Positions 23,175 to 33,492 of a DNA stretch of 64,000 nucleotides are shown here, piece after piece. Both the position numbers and the translations under genes were made by a program. The notes beneath the pieces were generated by a model that was not told where the DNA came from, did not search any database, and worked only from the letters and a program-made list of their open reading frames with translations. The stretch lies in assembly GCA_965644315.1 (NCBI GenBank), contig CBFFRQ010000052.1:124001-188000 (forward strand), written 5' to 3'. The stretch comes from Caecitellus pseudoparvulus. Taxonomy: Eukaryota; Protista; Bigyra: Bicosoecida. Position 1 is the stretch's first letter, and every line of letters begins with the position of its first letter.

Positions 23175-24665
23175 TCACGCTTGCAGGGCACGCAGAGCCA
23201 GCGTGCGCTGGCGGGCGCTGGCGGCCTTGGCGACTGCCACCTGGTGCCACACGTCCTGTGCCGTGTCAGGACTGAGTGGGGCGGCGCAGCATGGGCACAC
23301 CTGGCGCATGGTGCGCTGGCGCTGGACCACCTGCTGGATGCAGGTGACGTGGACATCTGCGCCACAGCACGGCATGTGAAAGGCATGCATGGCGCCTTTC
23401 AGCTCCTCAAAGCACACCGGGCACTCTGATACGGGGGAGGCAGGAATGGAGGGGGGGACCACCCATTGCGTGCGCCTGCTGCCGATGCTGCTGTGCGTGG
23501 CACTGGAGTGCGCCGGCGAGGGGATGGGGGAGCTGCCACTTCCCCGCACCCTACCACCGCCACTCCCGTGTGCAACACGGGGCTGCCCTGCCTGGTCCTG
23601 GTGCGAGGCATTACGAAGCTCCATGCGGCAGAGCAGTCTGGAGCAGGCGCCGGCAGTCAGCTCTGTGGCGGCGAGGAGGTGGCACACCAAGTCACGCTCA
23701 GGCTGGCTCAGAGCACTGGGCCGGGCAAGGCGTGCCGAGAGAGTGGAGAGCACCGCATGTTGCTGGAGCAGCAATGGGTTGGGCGCGGCGTGGGTAGCCG
23801 CTGCAGCTTGCGGCTGTTGCCCGGCCCTGACCTCTGCAGACGGCTTGCCAGTGGGTGGCAGGCGGGTGGTGGGCAGCTTGCCCTGCTGTGGCCAGCTGCA
23901 GCTTGTGCTGGTCGGGGAGCCCCCCCTTCCCCCTGTTCCTGCCGACGTCCATGCACGCTCGTGCTTGGCGCGCAGGTCGGGCTTCGACTTGCCGCGCAGC
24001 GTGCAGTTGGCGCAGTGCACATGCCACGAGGTGTAGGCACAGCACCTGGAGCCTCTCCTGACCACCTGCACCTCCATGCCAGGGCATTCGTGGGGGGCAG
24101 CCTTCTTGGGCAACGAGCGTGTGAAGGCTGCTCCACGTTGCTGCTTGCGGGCCGATGGAGCGGCAGCGTCGGCTGTTGGCTGGCTGCTGCTGCGTTGCTG
24201 CTCAGGCAGGGAAGTGCTGGGACTGACTGCCAGGAGTTCTGCGGGGATGGGTTCCCACTCGCCATCATCAGAGGTGATGTCCGACCTCAGTCTCTTTCGC
24301 CCAGATCGTTGAGACCGCCGTGTCCCGAAGGAGGGCGCTTGTGGCTCTGCTTGCTGCTGCGCGGGAAGGGCCATGCTGCGCAGCTCTTTTTGAGCGCCGG
24401 CTTGCGCAGGCTCTTGCACCGGGGTCCAGGTGAGCTGCAGAGAGGCAGGCGAGTGACAGTGTACATGCACTACACCGAGCTGTCTGGTGCCTTGTGATTT
24501 GTGAAAAAGACTCGTCGGAGCTCGTAGTGGACCTGGCATCGTCCGCCCCCCCGTGACAAGAGAAGCGTCGCCGCCCCTTCCGTTGTGTGCCTGGGATTGC
24601 CCCGGCCTAGCAGCAGAAGAACTCAAAACAAACTCACGACTTGCTGTCGCCAGGTGTAAGGGCAT
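23175..24665 (-). CDS. Protein with C-terminal RING-type zinc finger (putative E3 ligase); start uncertain
   Basis: CPVC...PCCGADVHVTC...CPCC lies near the C-terminus; the rest is low-complexity. Confidence 0.7.
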   Translation of the reverse strand: MPLHLATASREFVLSSSAARPGQSQAHNGRGGDASLVTGGRTMPGPLRAPTSLFHKSQGTRQLGVVHVHCHSPASLQLTWTPVQEPAQAGAQKELRSMALPAQQQAEPQAPSFGTRRSQRSGRKRLRSDITSDDGEWEPIPAELLAVSPSTSLPEQQRSSSQPTADAAAPSARKQQRGAAFTRSLPKKAAPHECPGMEVQVVRRGSRCCAYTSWHVHCANCTLRGKSKPDLRAKHERAWTSAGTGGRGGSPTSTSCSWPQQGKLPTTRLPPTGKPSAEVRAGQQPQAAAATHAAPNPLLLQQHAVLSTLSARLARPSALSQPERDLVCHLLAATELTAGACSRLLCRMELRNASHQDQAGQPRVAHGSGGGRVRGSGSSPIPSPAHSSATHSSIGSRRTQWVVPPSIPASPVSECPVCFEELKGAMHAFHMPCCGADVHVTCIQQVVQRQRTMRQVCPCCAAPLSPDTAQDVWHQVAVAKAASARQRTLALRALQA

Positions 24666-24722
24666 TTAACTTTCGTCAATGTGGGCTCTCGTTGCGTCCC
24701 GCGAAGCAGGCGAGCGTGCAGA

Positions 24723-25585
24723 ATGGCAGGGCACAGCGACAGCAGCACGGTGGAGGTGTTGAAGGAGCGCCTGTACTCGCTGCAACGCAGGCACGAAGAA
24801 GACCACCAGTTGAAAGAAGATTTGCAACGGCATTTATGCATGGTAACAGCAGAGTTGGATCGAGTAAAGGGCCTGAACAGCACACTGAAGCAAGGTGCGT
24901 TGAAGCGATTTCCGCACACGCCAAGCAACAAGCACTTCTGCGGCTCTGAGGCGCAGTGCAAAGCGGCCTGACGAGCAGCATCTCGGAGCAGCGATCTCAG
25001 ATTCAAGAGCTGCAGGGGCATGTCTCTGAGCTGGCCGCGGCGAACGCGCGGCATGCTCGGCAACAGGAGCGCGCCGGCAGCCCCAGCCTGGGAGTGGATG
25101 CGGGAGGTGGGACACATGCGCAGGCAACCGACTCTGGCGCAGTGCCAGATCAGTGCGAGCTGGCCCACATTGTGCAGTGTTCCGTGGACTTGCTTTCCCA
25201 GTGCGAGCAGGGGCAGTGCTGCATGGCGTCGCCGGGGGGCCCTGCGAGGGTGCGTAGCCTTCTCCACGCCGCGCGGCCTCTGCACGGCGAGGGCAGCCAG
25301 CCACACTGCCCCTCCTGCGTGGCAGGCTGTGCGCATGCTGTGCCAGCCAGCGCTGCAGTGCCGTCCACATCGGCTGCTCCGCCGTCGGCACCAGCGTCGC
25401 CTGCACACGGCGCCCGCCATGCCGTGTCGCCGCCCGAACAGGGCGGGCTGGGCAGCTACGCTTTCCAGTACGTTGTGCTGCCCCTGCTGCAGGGCTTGGC
25501 CTGGCCTCTGGCAGGGTTCTTCGGCTCCAGCGCTGCGCACGGCAGTGGGCATGGCTGGAAGAGCAGCGAGGCGCTGCCTGTGTGA
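24723..25585 (+). CDS. Hypothetical protein with N-terminal coiled coil, two exons (intron ~24895-24963)
   Basis: The MAGHSDSSTVEVLKERLYSLQRRHEE coiled coil continues after a GTGCG..CAAAG intron into ORF 24956-25585, which has a hydrophobic segment near the C-terminus. Confidence 0.55.
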
Positions 25586-25620
25586 GAATTCAGTTGCATT
25601 AGCGAGCTAGCGTGGTGCCG

Positions 25621-28600
25621 TCACCTGCCAGCACCAGCTGCCGCCTCTTGGGCAGCCGCCTCGGCTTGGGTCTGCAGCAAGTTGCCCTCGCTGGCACTCA
25701 GGCGCTGCCTGCGAGGCTCCTTTGCGCGGGAGGGGGCCGCTGGTGCCTCCTGCATGCGGGTGGGCTTGGGCGGCTCCGTGAGGGAGAAGGCGCCACTGTG
25801 GCCGCTGGAGTGGTCCACTTGGCAGGGTGACTCGTACTGTGACCCACCTGACGTGGCGGTGCTGCGCTGCTGCAGCATGGTGGGGGGGGGGTCCGTCCCG
25901 CCCCGGCTGCCCCCCCCCGTGCCGGGTGCCATGGGAGACACCAGCGTTTGGTCCAGGCTGCGTGTGACGGTGCTGACGTGCAGCTCTGCCAACTGGGTGT
26001 GTGCGCCACCCCCCATGACTCCAGCCATGGGCACCAGCCCCCGCCGTGACCGAGAGATGGAGGGGGAGCGGCTGGCTCGCATGGGCGCCTTGTCGGCGCG
26101 AGGGCCGGACACCGTCGATTCGCGGGACGATGCCTTGGATGTGGGGGACAAGCCCAGTTTGTGCAGGAAGTTCTGGCCGGCGCTGGGGGAGCGTTTGCGC
26201 GTCCTGCGCGCAGGGGGCCCCAGGTGGGGCACCTTGATGCCCTGCTCTCCGAAGCGCGCACCGTAATCCCGCATGACGCCCCGCGCCACCAGCTCTGCCT
26301 CCTGCTCCGGACCCACGTCTGACTCAGAGTGGAAGCGAGCTCGGCCTGGCTCCCCTGGCACCGGCCCCGGCCCCAGAGGCACCTCCACCTGCACCTCCAC
26401 GCCCCGGCCATCTAAGTCAGTCTCCTGCAAGGTGCCAGTTCCGCCGCCGCCCTGGTGTGCCGGAATGTGCATGGACGTGGACCGTGACCGCGAAAACGGC
26501 ATGAGGTACGTGTCCAACTGCAGCTTGGGCACTTGCACGCCGCGCCCTGGCGCCCCAGTGGACAGGGGTGAAGGGGCTGGGTCGCGCGAGTGGGCTAGGC
26601 TGCGGCGCCCCTGCACGGGGTTCGTGCGGGCCCGAACAAGCACAGAAGCCGCCAGGGAGGGACGCGTGGCGCTTGAACCACCCACCTCACCCCCAGAGGC
26701 CGCTTCTGTGCGGGCTGAGGCTTGCTCGAAGTCTGAGTACGTCTGGGGCGAGACGCAGTGCCCTACGCTGCCGTGGGGCGTGCCAGCAGCGCTGTCATCC
26801 AGCAGTGTCACTTGCATGGGGGACAGGGACGCCTTGGCACTGGAGGGTGTCGTCGTTCTGGAGGGCTGTGCAGTGGCGGGGTCTCGGGGCGGCGTGCGGA
26901 AGGCTGTCACGGAGCCCGCGGCGGACTCCAGCGTGATGACGACGGGGGAAGTGGGCCCTCCGCCATCAACGTTGGGGAACTGCCCTCTAGACCGGGCATC
27001 CACCAGCGCCTCCAGGTGCTCCTGCTCCAGCCGCGGCAGGCGGCAGTCTGGGGCTGAGGCAGCTCGCCCAGGGCGATTGGCTGCTGATGCAGCGCGCCCC
27101 AGCGCTGACAGCCCAGAGTGGGGCCCCGTGTGCGCAGCCACCAGCGCACGTGTGGCAACAGAGGACGAAGAGTTAGGGACATCGTGGCTGCCAACACAGC
27201 TTGTCGCTGCGTCCCGGTTGCTCGGTTCCAGACCGTGCACTGACGTGGACGTTTGCTTCCCGCTGTGCAGCTGTCCCGGGTGCGGCATGGTGCCACTTCG
27301 GTGCGTGGAGTGCACGCCTTTCCCGCCGTCCTCCAGGGCAAGCGCCGAGTGGGACAAGGGCAGGGATGTGGGCGCCTGCACTGCCGTGCTGCGGCTCGCC
27401 GTCGGGTCGGCATGGCCCCCGCCGGCTTTGTGCGCTGGCTCTTGCCGCTCGATGCCGGAAGCTTCCGCTTCGGCGGCGCCTGCGGCACGCCTGCCGTCGG
27501 GCGGGGACTGGCAGCAGCGGTTTGAGACGCAAAACACGCCGATAAATGCGAGGCCTAGCAGGGCGCCCAAGCACAGCGCTAGGATGAAGCCAGGGGAGCT
27601 GGTTTGTTGGTGGGGCGCTGACTGGCCGCCAGCGGCAGTGTGCGGCGGCGGCATGCCCGCCTGCATGGGGCCCCGCTCATGCTGATACTCCCCTCGCAGC
27701 ATGACATGCCCTCGCAATTTACCCTTGGTTACGTCCACAGCGGCCCGCCACGACTGCGCAGCCCGCAAGACTGCACCGTCAGAGTCCGACTCTGCGGGCA
27801 AGTCGCCAGCGACGTGCTTGGAAAAGCGTGCGCCGGGGCGGGCTTCCAGGTGCGCAGGGTTGAATGGGGGCGTGTGAAGGGCTTTCTGCCCACGCAGTGC
27901 AGCTGTTTGCAGCTCGGGGGAGCGTTGTTGCAGTGGCCGCTCCACTTCCTGGCACGCGCAAAAATGCACCGCCCGCTTGTCTGCCACGGCAGCAGCAGGA
28001 AGCTTGTGCGGGGCTGGTGCGAGAGGGAGCTGGGGCGCCATGCTGTGCAGTACTGCAACCACGTGTGTGCACGCATTGGCAGCAGGAGCGCTGCCCCCCG
28101 CGCCGGGGGGGCAGGTCTGCCGTGGCGGTTCCATGGTCAGCGCGCTCGGCGCAGAATGTTGCAGTGCAGGTGGGCAGGCGGGGAGCGCGCTGGGAGCGGG
28201 ACGGCAGCGAGCGGCGTGCAGGCGCCGCAGCGTCGCAAGCAGGTCAGAAGACCCGCCAGGAGCATGAAACGTGTATGCACACAATAGTTTGGCAGGGGAG
28301 CCGGCTGGCGGATGGGCGTTGTAGGCACAGGCGAGAAAAGTTGGGCTGGCCTGCAAGCTGTCCGCTGTGTCGGCTCCGGGAATGCGCGGCGATGGCGCTG
28401 ACTGAGCGGCATGCAGCGAGGACTGGAGAGTGTGGGCACCCTGCGCAACACGATGGGGGTGTATGTGCGTGATGGCTAGCCTGGGAGGGAGGGCGGCCTC
28501 CCTGCACTGGCTGCAGAAGCCGTTTTGCCCGAGGCGTGTTGAGGGTTGAGCAGCTTTGAGCTGGCGCCCCAGCGTTGCCAGCCCGCACCCGTCACAGCCA

Positions 28601-28806
28601 GCGCCTGCGGACGCTGAACTCACGCCACTCACCTCACGAGTACCCCAATTCCCTGGCAGAGCCTGCTGCATGCCTGGTTGATCCCGTGCAGGCGCAGGCG
28701 CAGGTGCTGGCACTCGGAGCAGCGGCAGTGCCACGCCCGCAATGCTCGCTTTGGCGCTCACAGACAGCAGGCAAAGCCAGACCAGGGCGTGGGGAGAGTG
28801 GCACAT
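25621..28806 (-). CDS. Putative single-pass membrane protein with long disordered cytoplasmic tail; 5' part uncertain
   Basis: 1070-codon ORF with a signal-like HALVWLCLLSVSAKAS, a TM segment GFILALCLGALLGLAFIGVFCV, and a Ser/Pro/Arg-rich tail. Confidence 0.5.
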   Translation of the reverse strand: MCHSPHALVWLCLLSVSAKASIAGVALPLLRVPAPAPAPARDQPGMQQALPGNWGTREVSGVSSASAGAGCDGCGLATLGRQLKAAQPSTRLGQNGFCSQCREAALPPRLAITHIHPHRVAQGAHTLQSSLHAAQSAPSPRIPGADTADSLQASPTFLACAYNAHPPAGSPAKLLCAYTFHAPGGSSDLLATLRRLHAARCRPAPSALPACPPALQHSAPSALTMEPPRQTCPPGAGGSAPAANACTHVVAVLHSMAPQLPLAPAPHKLPAAAVADKRAVHFCACQEVERPLQQRSPELQTAALRGQKALHTPPFNPAHLEARPGARFSKHVAGDLPAESDSDGAVLRAAQSWRAAVDVTKGKLRGHVMLRGEYQHERGPMQAGMPPPHTAAGGQSAPHQQTSSPGFILALCLGALLGLAFIGVFCVSNRCCQSPPDGRRAAGAAEAEASGIERQEPAHKAGGGHADPTASRSTAVQAPTSLPLSHSALALEDGGKGVHSTHRSGTMPHPGQLHSGKQTSTSVHGLEPSNRDAATSCVGSHDVPNSSSSVATRALVAAHTGPHSGLSALGRAASAANRPGRAASAPDCRLPRLEQEHLEALVDARSRGQFPNVDGGGPTSPVVITLESAAGSVTAFRTPPRDPATAQPSRTTTPSSAKASLSPMQVTLLDDSAAGTPHGSVGHCVSPQTYSDFEQASARTEAASGGEVGGSSATRPSLAASVLVRARTNPVQGRRSLAHSRDPAPSPLSTGAPGRGVQVPKLQLDTYLMPFSRSRSTSMHIPAHQGGGGTGTLQETDLDGRGVEVQVEVPLGPGPVPGEPGRARFHSESDVGPEQEAELVARGVMRDYGARFGEQGIKVPHLGPPARRTRKRSPSAGQNFLHKLGLSPTSKASSRESTVSGPRADKAPMRASRSPSISRSRRGLVPMAGVMGGGAHTQLAELHVSTVTRSLDQTLVSPMAPGTGGGSRGGTDPPPTMLQQRSTATSGGSQYESPCQVDHSSGHSGAFSLTEPPKPTRMQEAPAAPSRAKEPRRQRLSASEGNLLQTQAEAAAQEAAAGAGR

Positions 28807-29272
28807 GTGGGCGTGTCGCCCACGTCCAGGCATGGCGCAGAGGGCTCCTGCGGGCGTGCGCAGGCCGTGTCCAGCAATGCTGCCGTCGCCAGCGACAGCA
28901 GGCAGCTACTGCCGCCTTGACTTGATTGCGGGTCAGCAGGCGCGCTGACGCGAAGGTGCAGGGATGCCCTTTGCATCCAAGCACTCGTGCATATATTCTG
29001 CGCGGCAGTGCAGCGTCATGCCTCCTGTTGCGTTTTGCGTGGTGCACGGAAGTGAGACGGCGCCTGCCGCGGATTCGGACAGGTGCTGGCAGGCCGGCGT
29101 CCGCTGCACTTGCAGGCGAGCGCCAAATGCCTAAAACACTACAAAGCACTGCCAGCGATTGCAATTGATTCAAAGCGGCGGCCAGGCAATTCCTCTCCTT
29201 CCCTATTCACTTGGATCGGGCTGTAGGTGTTGGGAGCGCCCCATTCTGGGAAACGCCCGCACACCCGCCAAG

Positions 29273-30387
29273 ATGGGGTCAGGCGCCTCTGCCCCGGCAC
29301 AGGGTGGCAAGGCCCCCCCACCGAGGCAAGCAAACCTTGCCTCCCAGCAGGTCCAGAGCATGGCCGCCACACAGCGCAACCTGCAGGTGCTGATGAAGAA
29401 GTGAGGCCAGCACTGCTGTGACGAGGCGGCCGAAACGCCAGCACCACGCCTTCCGTTTCCCCGGCTGCTTCGCTGCGCAGGCGGGACTTGCAGGTCAAGA
29501 AGGCGGAGAAGCACTTCGAAGCTGCAAAGCAGGCCCGCATTGCCGGCAACAAGGCCGGTGCGTCGCCGCCGGCTCTGCCGTGCACCGCCCGCCCTGCGCT
29601 GCACCACTGGCACCAACTGCCGGCCGTTTGCCTCCCGTGCAGAGGCCATGCACCACTTGAAGCAGCGGGCTGCGGCACTGAAGCTGGCCCAGGCAGCCGA
29701 GGGTGGCATCAGCAAGCTCACGCTGATGCAGGGCGCGGCTGAGACACAGCAGTGCGTCGGCTCGTCAACGCACGCCAGCCATTCCGCCAGCAAGTCCGCC
29801 TGCTCTGCTCGTGCTGCGCAGGTTGAACCGCACCATCGTGGAGGGCGTGCGGGAAGGCACAGACGGCTTGAGGGCCAGCGCAGTGTGCGTGCTGTGCGGC
29901 GTGCTGCGCGGCTGCATTGCGATCCGGGGCGCCGCCGCGCACTGCATCACCCGCACCCGCACGGCGCAGAGACCCCGATGCTGTGCTGGACGTCATGACG
30001 GATGCGCAGATGGAGATGGACCGCGCCCAAGAGGCCTCCGACCTCCTCATGGGCACCACCCTGGCTGGGGAGGACGTCATGGAGGCGCAGGCGGAGGACG
30101 ACCTGGCTGCGCTGGAGGCGGAAATGGCCCAGGAGCAGGCTGCAGCAGGGGGGGGTGTGGCGACGGGCACCACTGCTGCTCCAGTGGCCACCACGACAGG
30201 TGCTGGCACCACCAGCACGCACACGGCTGCCTCCCCTGCACCAGCGACAGCCGCCACGCCAGCACCAGCGCCAGCGGAGGTGTCCGCCGCCGCCGCCGCC
30301 GCCCTGCCTTCCGCCCCCTCCCACACCGTGACCACGGAGGAGCAGGTGGATGCAGAGCTGGCGGCGCTGCAGGCAGAGATGGCGTAA
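29273..30387 (+). CDS. ESCRT-III Snf7-family protein (CHMP4/CHMP6-like), four introns
   Basis: The spliced product has helices ...EAAKQARIAGNKAEAMHHLKQR..., LNRTIVEGVREGTDGLR and DAVLDVMTDAQMEMDRAQE, acidic EDDLAALEAE, and C-terminal ELAALQAEMA. The N-terminus is MGSGAS. Confidence 0.85.
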
Positions 30388-30396
30388 TGCACCCCC

Positions 30397-31193
30397 TCAC
30401 GCCGGCCCGGCCTTGGCCACCACGCACATGCCTGCTCCCAGACTCACCAGCAGGACGCCAGCCAGGGTGTCTGCGCAGCGAGTGAGGAGGGGGGTGTGAG
30501 GGGGGGGGTGTGGCTCAACGGGCGGCACGCGAACGCACAGGCGCCCACGCCGGATGTCTCCCCCAACACGGCGGCTGCCAGGACGGTGAAGACGAAGGTG
30601 AAGGTGTTGCTGACAGGCACAGCCAGGGTGGGGTCTGTGGGTTGGGGAGGGGGGGGGGCGGTGTGGAGCCAGTGAGGGTCGCGCGCTCATGCAGCTGCGC
30701 ACCTGCCGTGCCCAGGAGGTAGGCGTACAGCAGGGACCCACACTGGTTCAGTCCGAACAGCAGGAGGAACTGGCAGGAGGGGCGTGTGCAGTGTGAGCGT
30801 GCGCGTGGGTGCCGGCGGAGCGAGCGCCGTACCTTCCAGTTGGCCAGCGCGCCCAGCAAGCCCGAGCCAGGGGCCTGCTTGGCAGTGACTGCGGGCGAGA
30901 AGTGGGGGGCCGGTGGGGTGCGGCGCCCTCGCGTCAAATGCACATCAGCGCATACCATGTCGGAGCAGGGGGTTCGTGCCGCCCCAAAGCAAGCCCACCA
31001 GGGCGTACTTGTACGTGTCCTCTGCAGTGAGGGGAAGGCAGGGCGGCTGCCAGCATGCACCGGCACAGCCAGCAACGGGGCGAGACGCACGCAGCAAGGC
31101 CTGCATATCGTCCAAAACCGCAAGGGACAGTGCTGAGACAAGCGCTGCGGTGCACAGGAGCACAGCCCACTCGGTAGGCGTCCAGGGAGCCAT
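30397..31193 (-). CDS. TMEM234: TMEM234-family (DMT superfamily) small membrane protein, multi-exon
   Basis: Motifs ALVGLLWGGTNPLL, FGLNQCGSLLY, LAVPVSNTFTFVFT and AGVLLVSLG are present. Confidence 0.82.
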
Positions 31194-31292
31194 GTCTGGC
31201 GTTTCAGCGTGAAACGGCAGCAGGGTCCAGGCGGCTGAGCAGACGTGTGACTCGAGTGCCTGCCAGCCCTTTCAGCTGGGACACACCGGCAC

Positions 31293-33377
31293 TTAGCCCT
31301 GAGTGAATTCTGCAGAGCGCAGGCGATTGAGGGCCGCTGCGATCTCGAACCTGCGAGGTCGTGCCCAGCCCCCCTCGAAGCGCGTGCTGTCCAGGACGTC
31401 CATGCCTGCATCCGCGTCAAAGGCAGCGTCCAGCCAGTCCAGCACCTCGGCCAGGCACGCCTTGCCCTGCGCTGCACCCTGGTTTCCACTGCGTTTCGAG
31501 CTGGGCAGGCCGCTGCGGGCGAGGGCGCTGCCGACCCACTGCAGGACGCTGGCCAGAGCTCGCGTCTGGCCAGCCTCCACCAGCTGCTCCACAGCGCCCA
31601 GCTGCACCTCCACGTCGCCGTACTGGATCAAGTCCTGGCTGCGGCTGAACACCTTGCCCCCTGGCGCGAAATGGGCCGGGGAGGGGCAGCGCGCCTTGGG
31701 GTCCGCCAGGGGGGCCAGCCCAGGCGCCGCCTGGCCGGGGGTGCTGCTGCCCCCCGCGCCGCCTGCTGCCGTGGCACTGCGCAGGGAAGGCGCCATGGCT
31801 GCGATTTCCTTGGCTCGGGTGGTCACGTCCTTGCAGGCGTAGGTGTCCATTTGCAGCACGGTGTCGGCGACGTCGAAGTACTCCCCCGCCCCGCCGATGA
31901 CCAGGATACTGCTGACACTCTTCTCCTCCCACAGCTGCCGCACGCGGGCGATGAAGGGCGTGATGGGCTCCGCCTCGGCCGCCACCAACATCTGCATGCG
32001 GGCGTCGCGGATCATGAAGTTTGTGGCGGCCGTGTCCTCGTCGATGAGCAGGGTGGTGGCGCCCGCCTCCAGCGCCTCCGCGATGCCGGCGGCCTGGGAT
32101 GTGCTGCCAGAGGCGTCTGGCGTCGAGAAGGACGACGTGTCCTTCTTCTGGGGCAGGTTGTTGATGAAGGCGGAGATGTCCACGCAGTGCACGGCGCGCC
32201 CGTCCTCCGCCCGCACCTTGACGGCGCCGGGGTCCACCCCCACGCCCTCGCGGCCGTCCCCTGGCACGTGGTCATACACGCCCACTTCCAGCGCCTGCAG
32301 CAGGGTGGACTTGCCGTGGAAGCCGCCGCCCACGATGAGCGTCACGCCCTTGGGGATGCCCATGCCCACGACGTCGCCTGTGCAGGGAGCGCGTGTGTCA
32401 GCGTGTCAGCGTGTCAGCGTGTCAGCGTGTCAGCACCCGCAGCCCCACGCACCGACGTTGGGCAGGGTGAGGGTGGTTTCCAGGGAGGGCGGGGATGCGA
32501 AGGGCACGACGTCGCCCCCCGCCATGGGCTTGTCGCTGGCGCCGGAAGCGCGAGGCAGCACCGCCCCGTTCCGCACAAACGCCGCCAGGCCCCGGGCGCT
32601 CAGCTGCTGCCGCAGGGCAGTCTGGTCCTCTGCGCTCAGCACGTGCCGCTGCAGCGCCTGTGCATCCTGGCTGGCGAAGAGCAGACTAGCCTGCACGATG
32701 TCTGGCAGGCAGGTGGTGAGGGCGAAGGCTGCGAGGCCGCCTGAGATGCTGCGTCCCCGAGCCGGCAGGGCCAGGGTGAAGCGGGCCTGCACGGTGCCAG
32801 CGGAGGTGACGGTCACCGCCGACCGCTGCAGGATGTGCTGGGAGGGCACGGCGATGCGCATGTCCCCCCCCTTCTCGCCCTTCCAGCCGCCCCCCCCCCT
32901 GGCCTGGTCCACCCCCAGCTCGTGCACCTTCACTGCGAACTGGCGGTTCAGGTAGTCCGCCAGTGCCCGCCGCCGCGTGGCGGTGGCCAGGGGCGCCGCT
33001 GGGATCCTCGCCACAGCAGGCGACACGTTCACGTGACAGCGGGAGGGAGCGGCGTATGCGTCGCCTTGCACGTGGTCCACCACCAGCGTGAACGCGTCGA
33101 AGGCCCAGGAACCATACAGATCCTTGTATGCTGGGTACGGCCGGCCGTCGATGCGGCGCAGGGTGCCTTCCAGCTCTGCCAGGCTGCGTGCAGCGCTGGG
33201 AGGGGGTGGCGCTGGCGCCGGGCTGGAGCTGGCGCCGGGCCCGCCCTGGCGTCCGCGCCCACCTCCGTACTTGGCTTTGTAGTACGCCCCTCGACCACGG
33301 CCTCCACCTCCGCCTCCTCGCCCTCGCCCTCGCCCCCCGCGGCCGCCGCCTCGACCTCCTCGGCCACTCCCTGACAT
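31293..33377 (-). CDS. Predicted ABC-class ATPase (bacterial 'ABC_ATPase' family, trypanosome MRB1590-like) with N-terminal RGG box; intron 32378-32452
   Basis: Motifs VDHVQGDAYAAPS, LPRASG, Walker A GGGFHGKSTLL, RAEDGR, ASGSTSQAA, Walker B LLIDEDTAATNFMIRD and EPITPF. The N-terminus is MSGSGRGGRGGGRGG. Confidence 0.88.
32395..32434 (-). repeat. Intronic microsatellite (GCTGACAC)x5 on the sense strand
   Basis: The plus strand has GTGTCAGC repeated five times inside intron 32378-32452. Confidence 0.95.
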
Positions 33378-33492
33378 GGCAGCGAAACGCAGCTGAAACG
33401 CAGAGCCACTCACACGCCTGACGCTGCACCGTAGCCTTGCTCAGGCCGCCCGCCTTGTTTACGACAGGAAATGAAGACATGCATTTGGCAGG

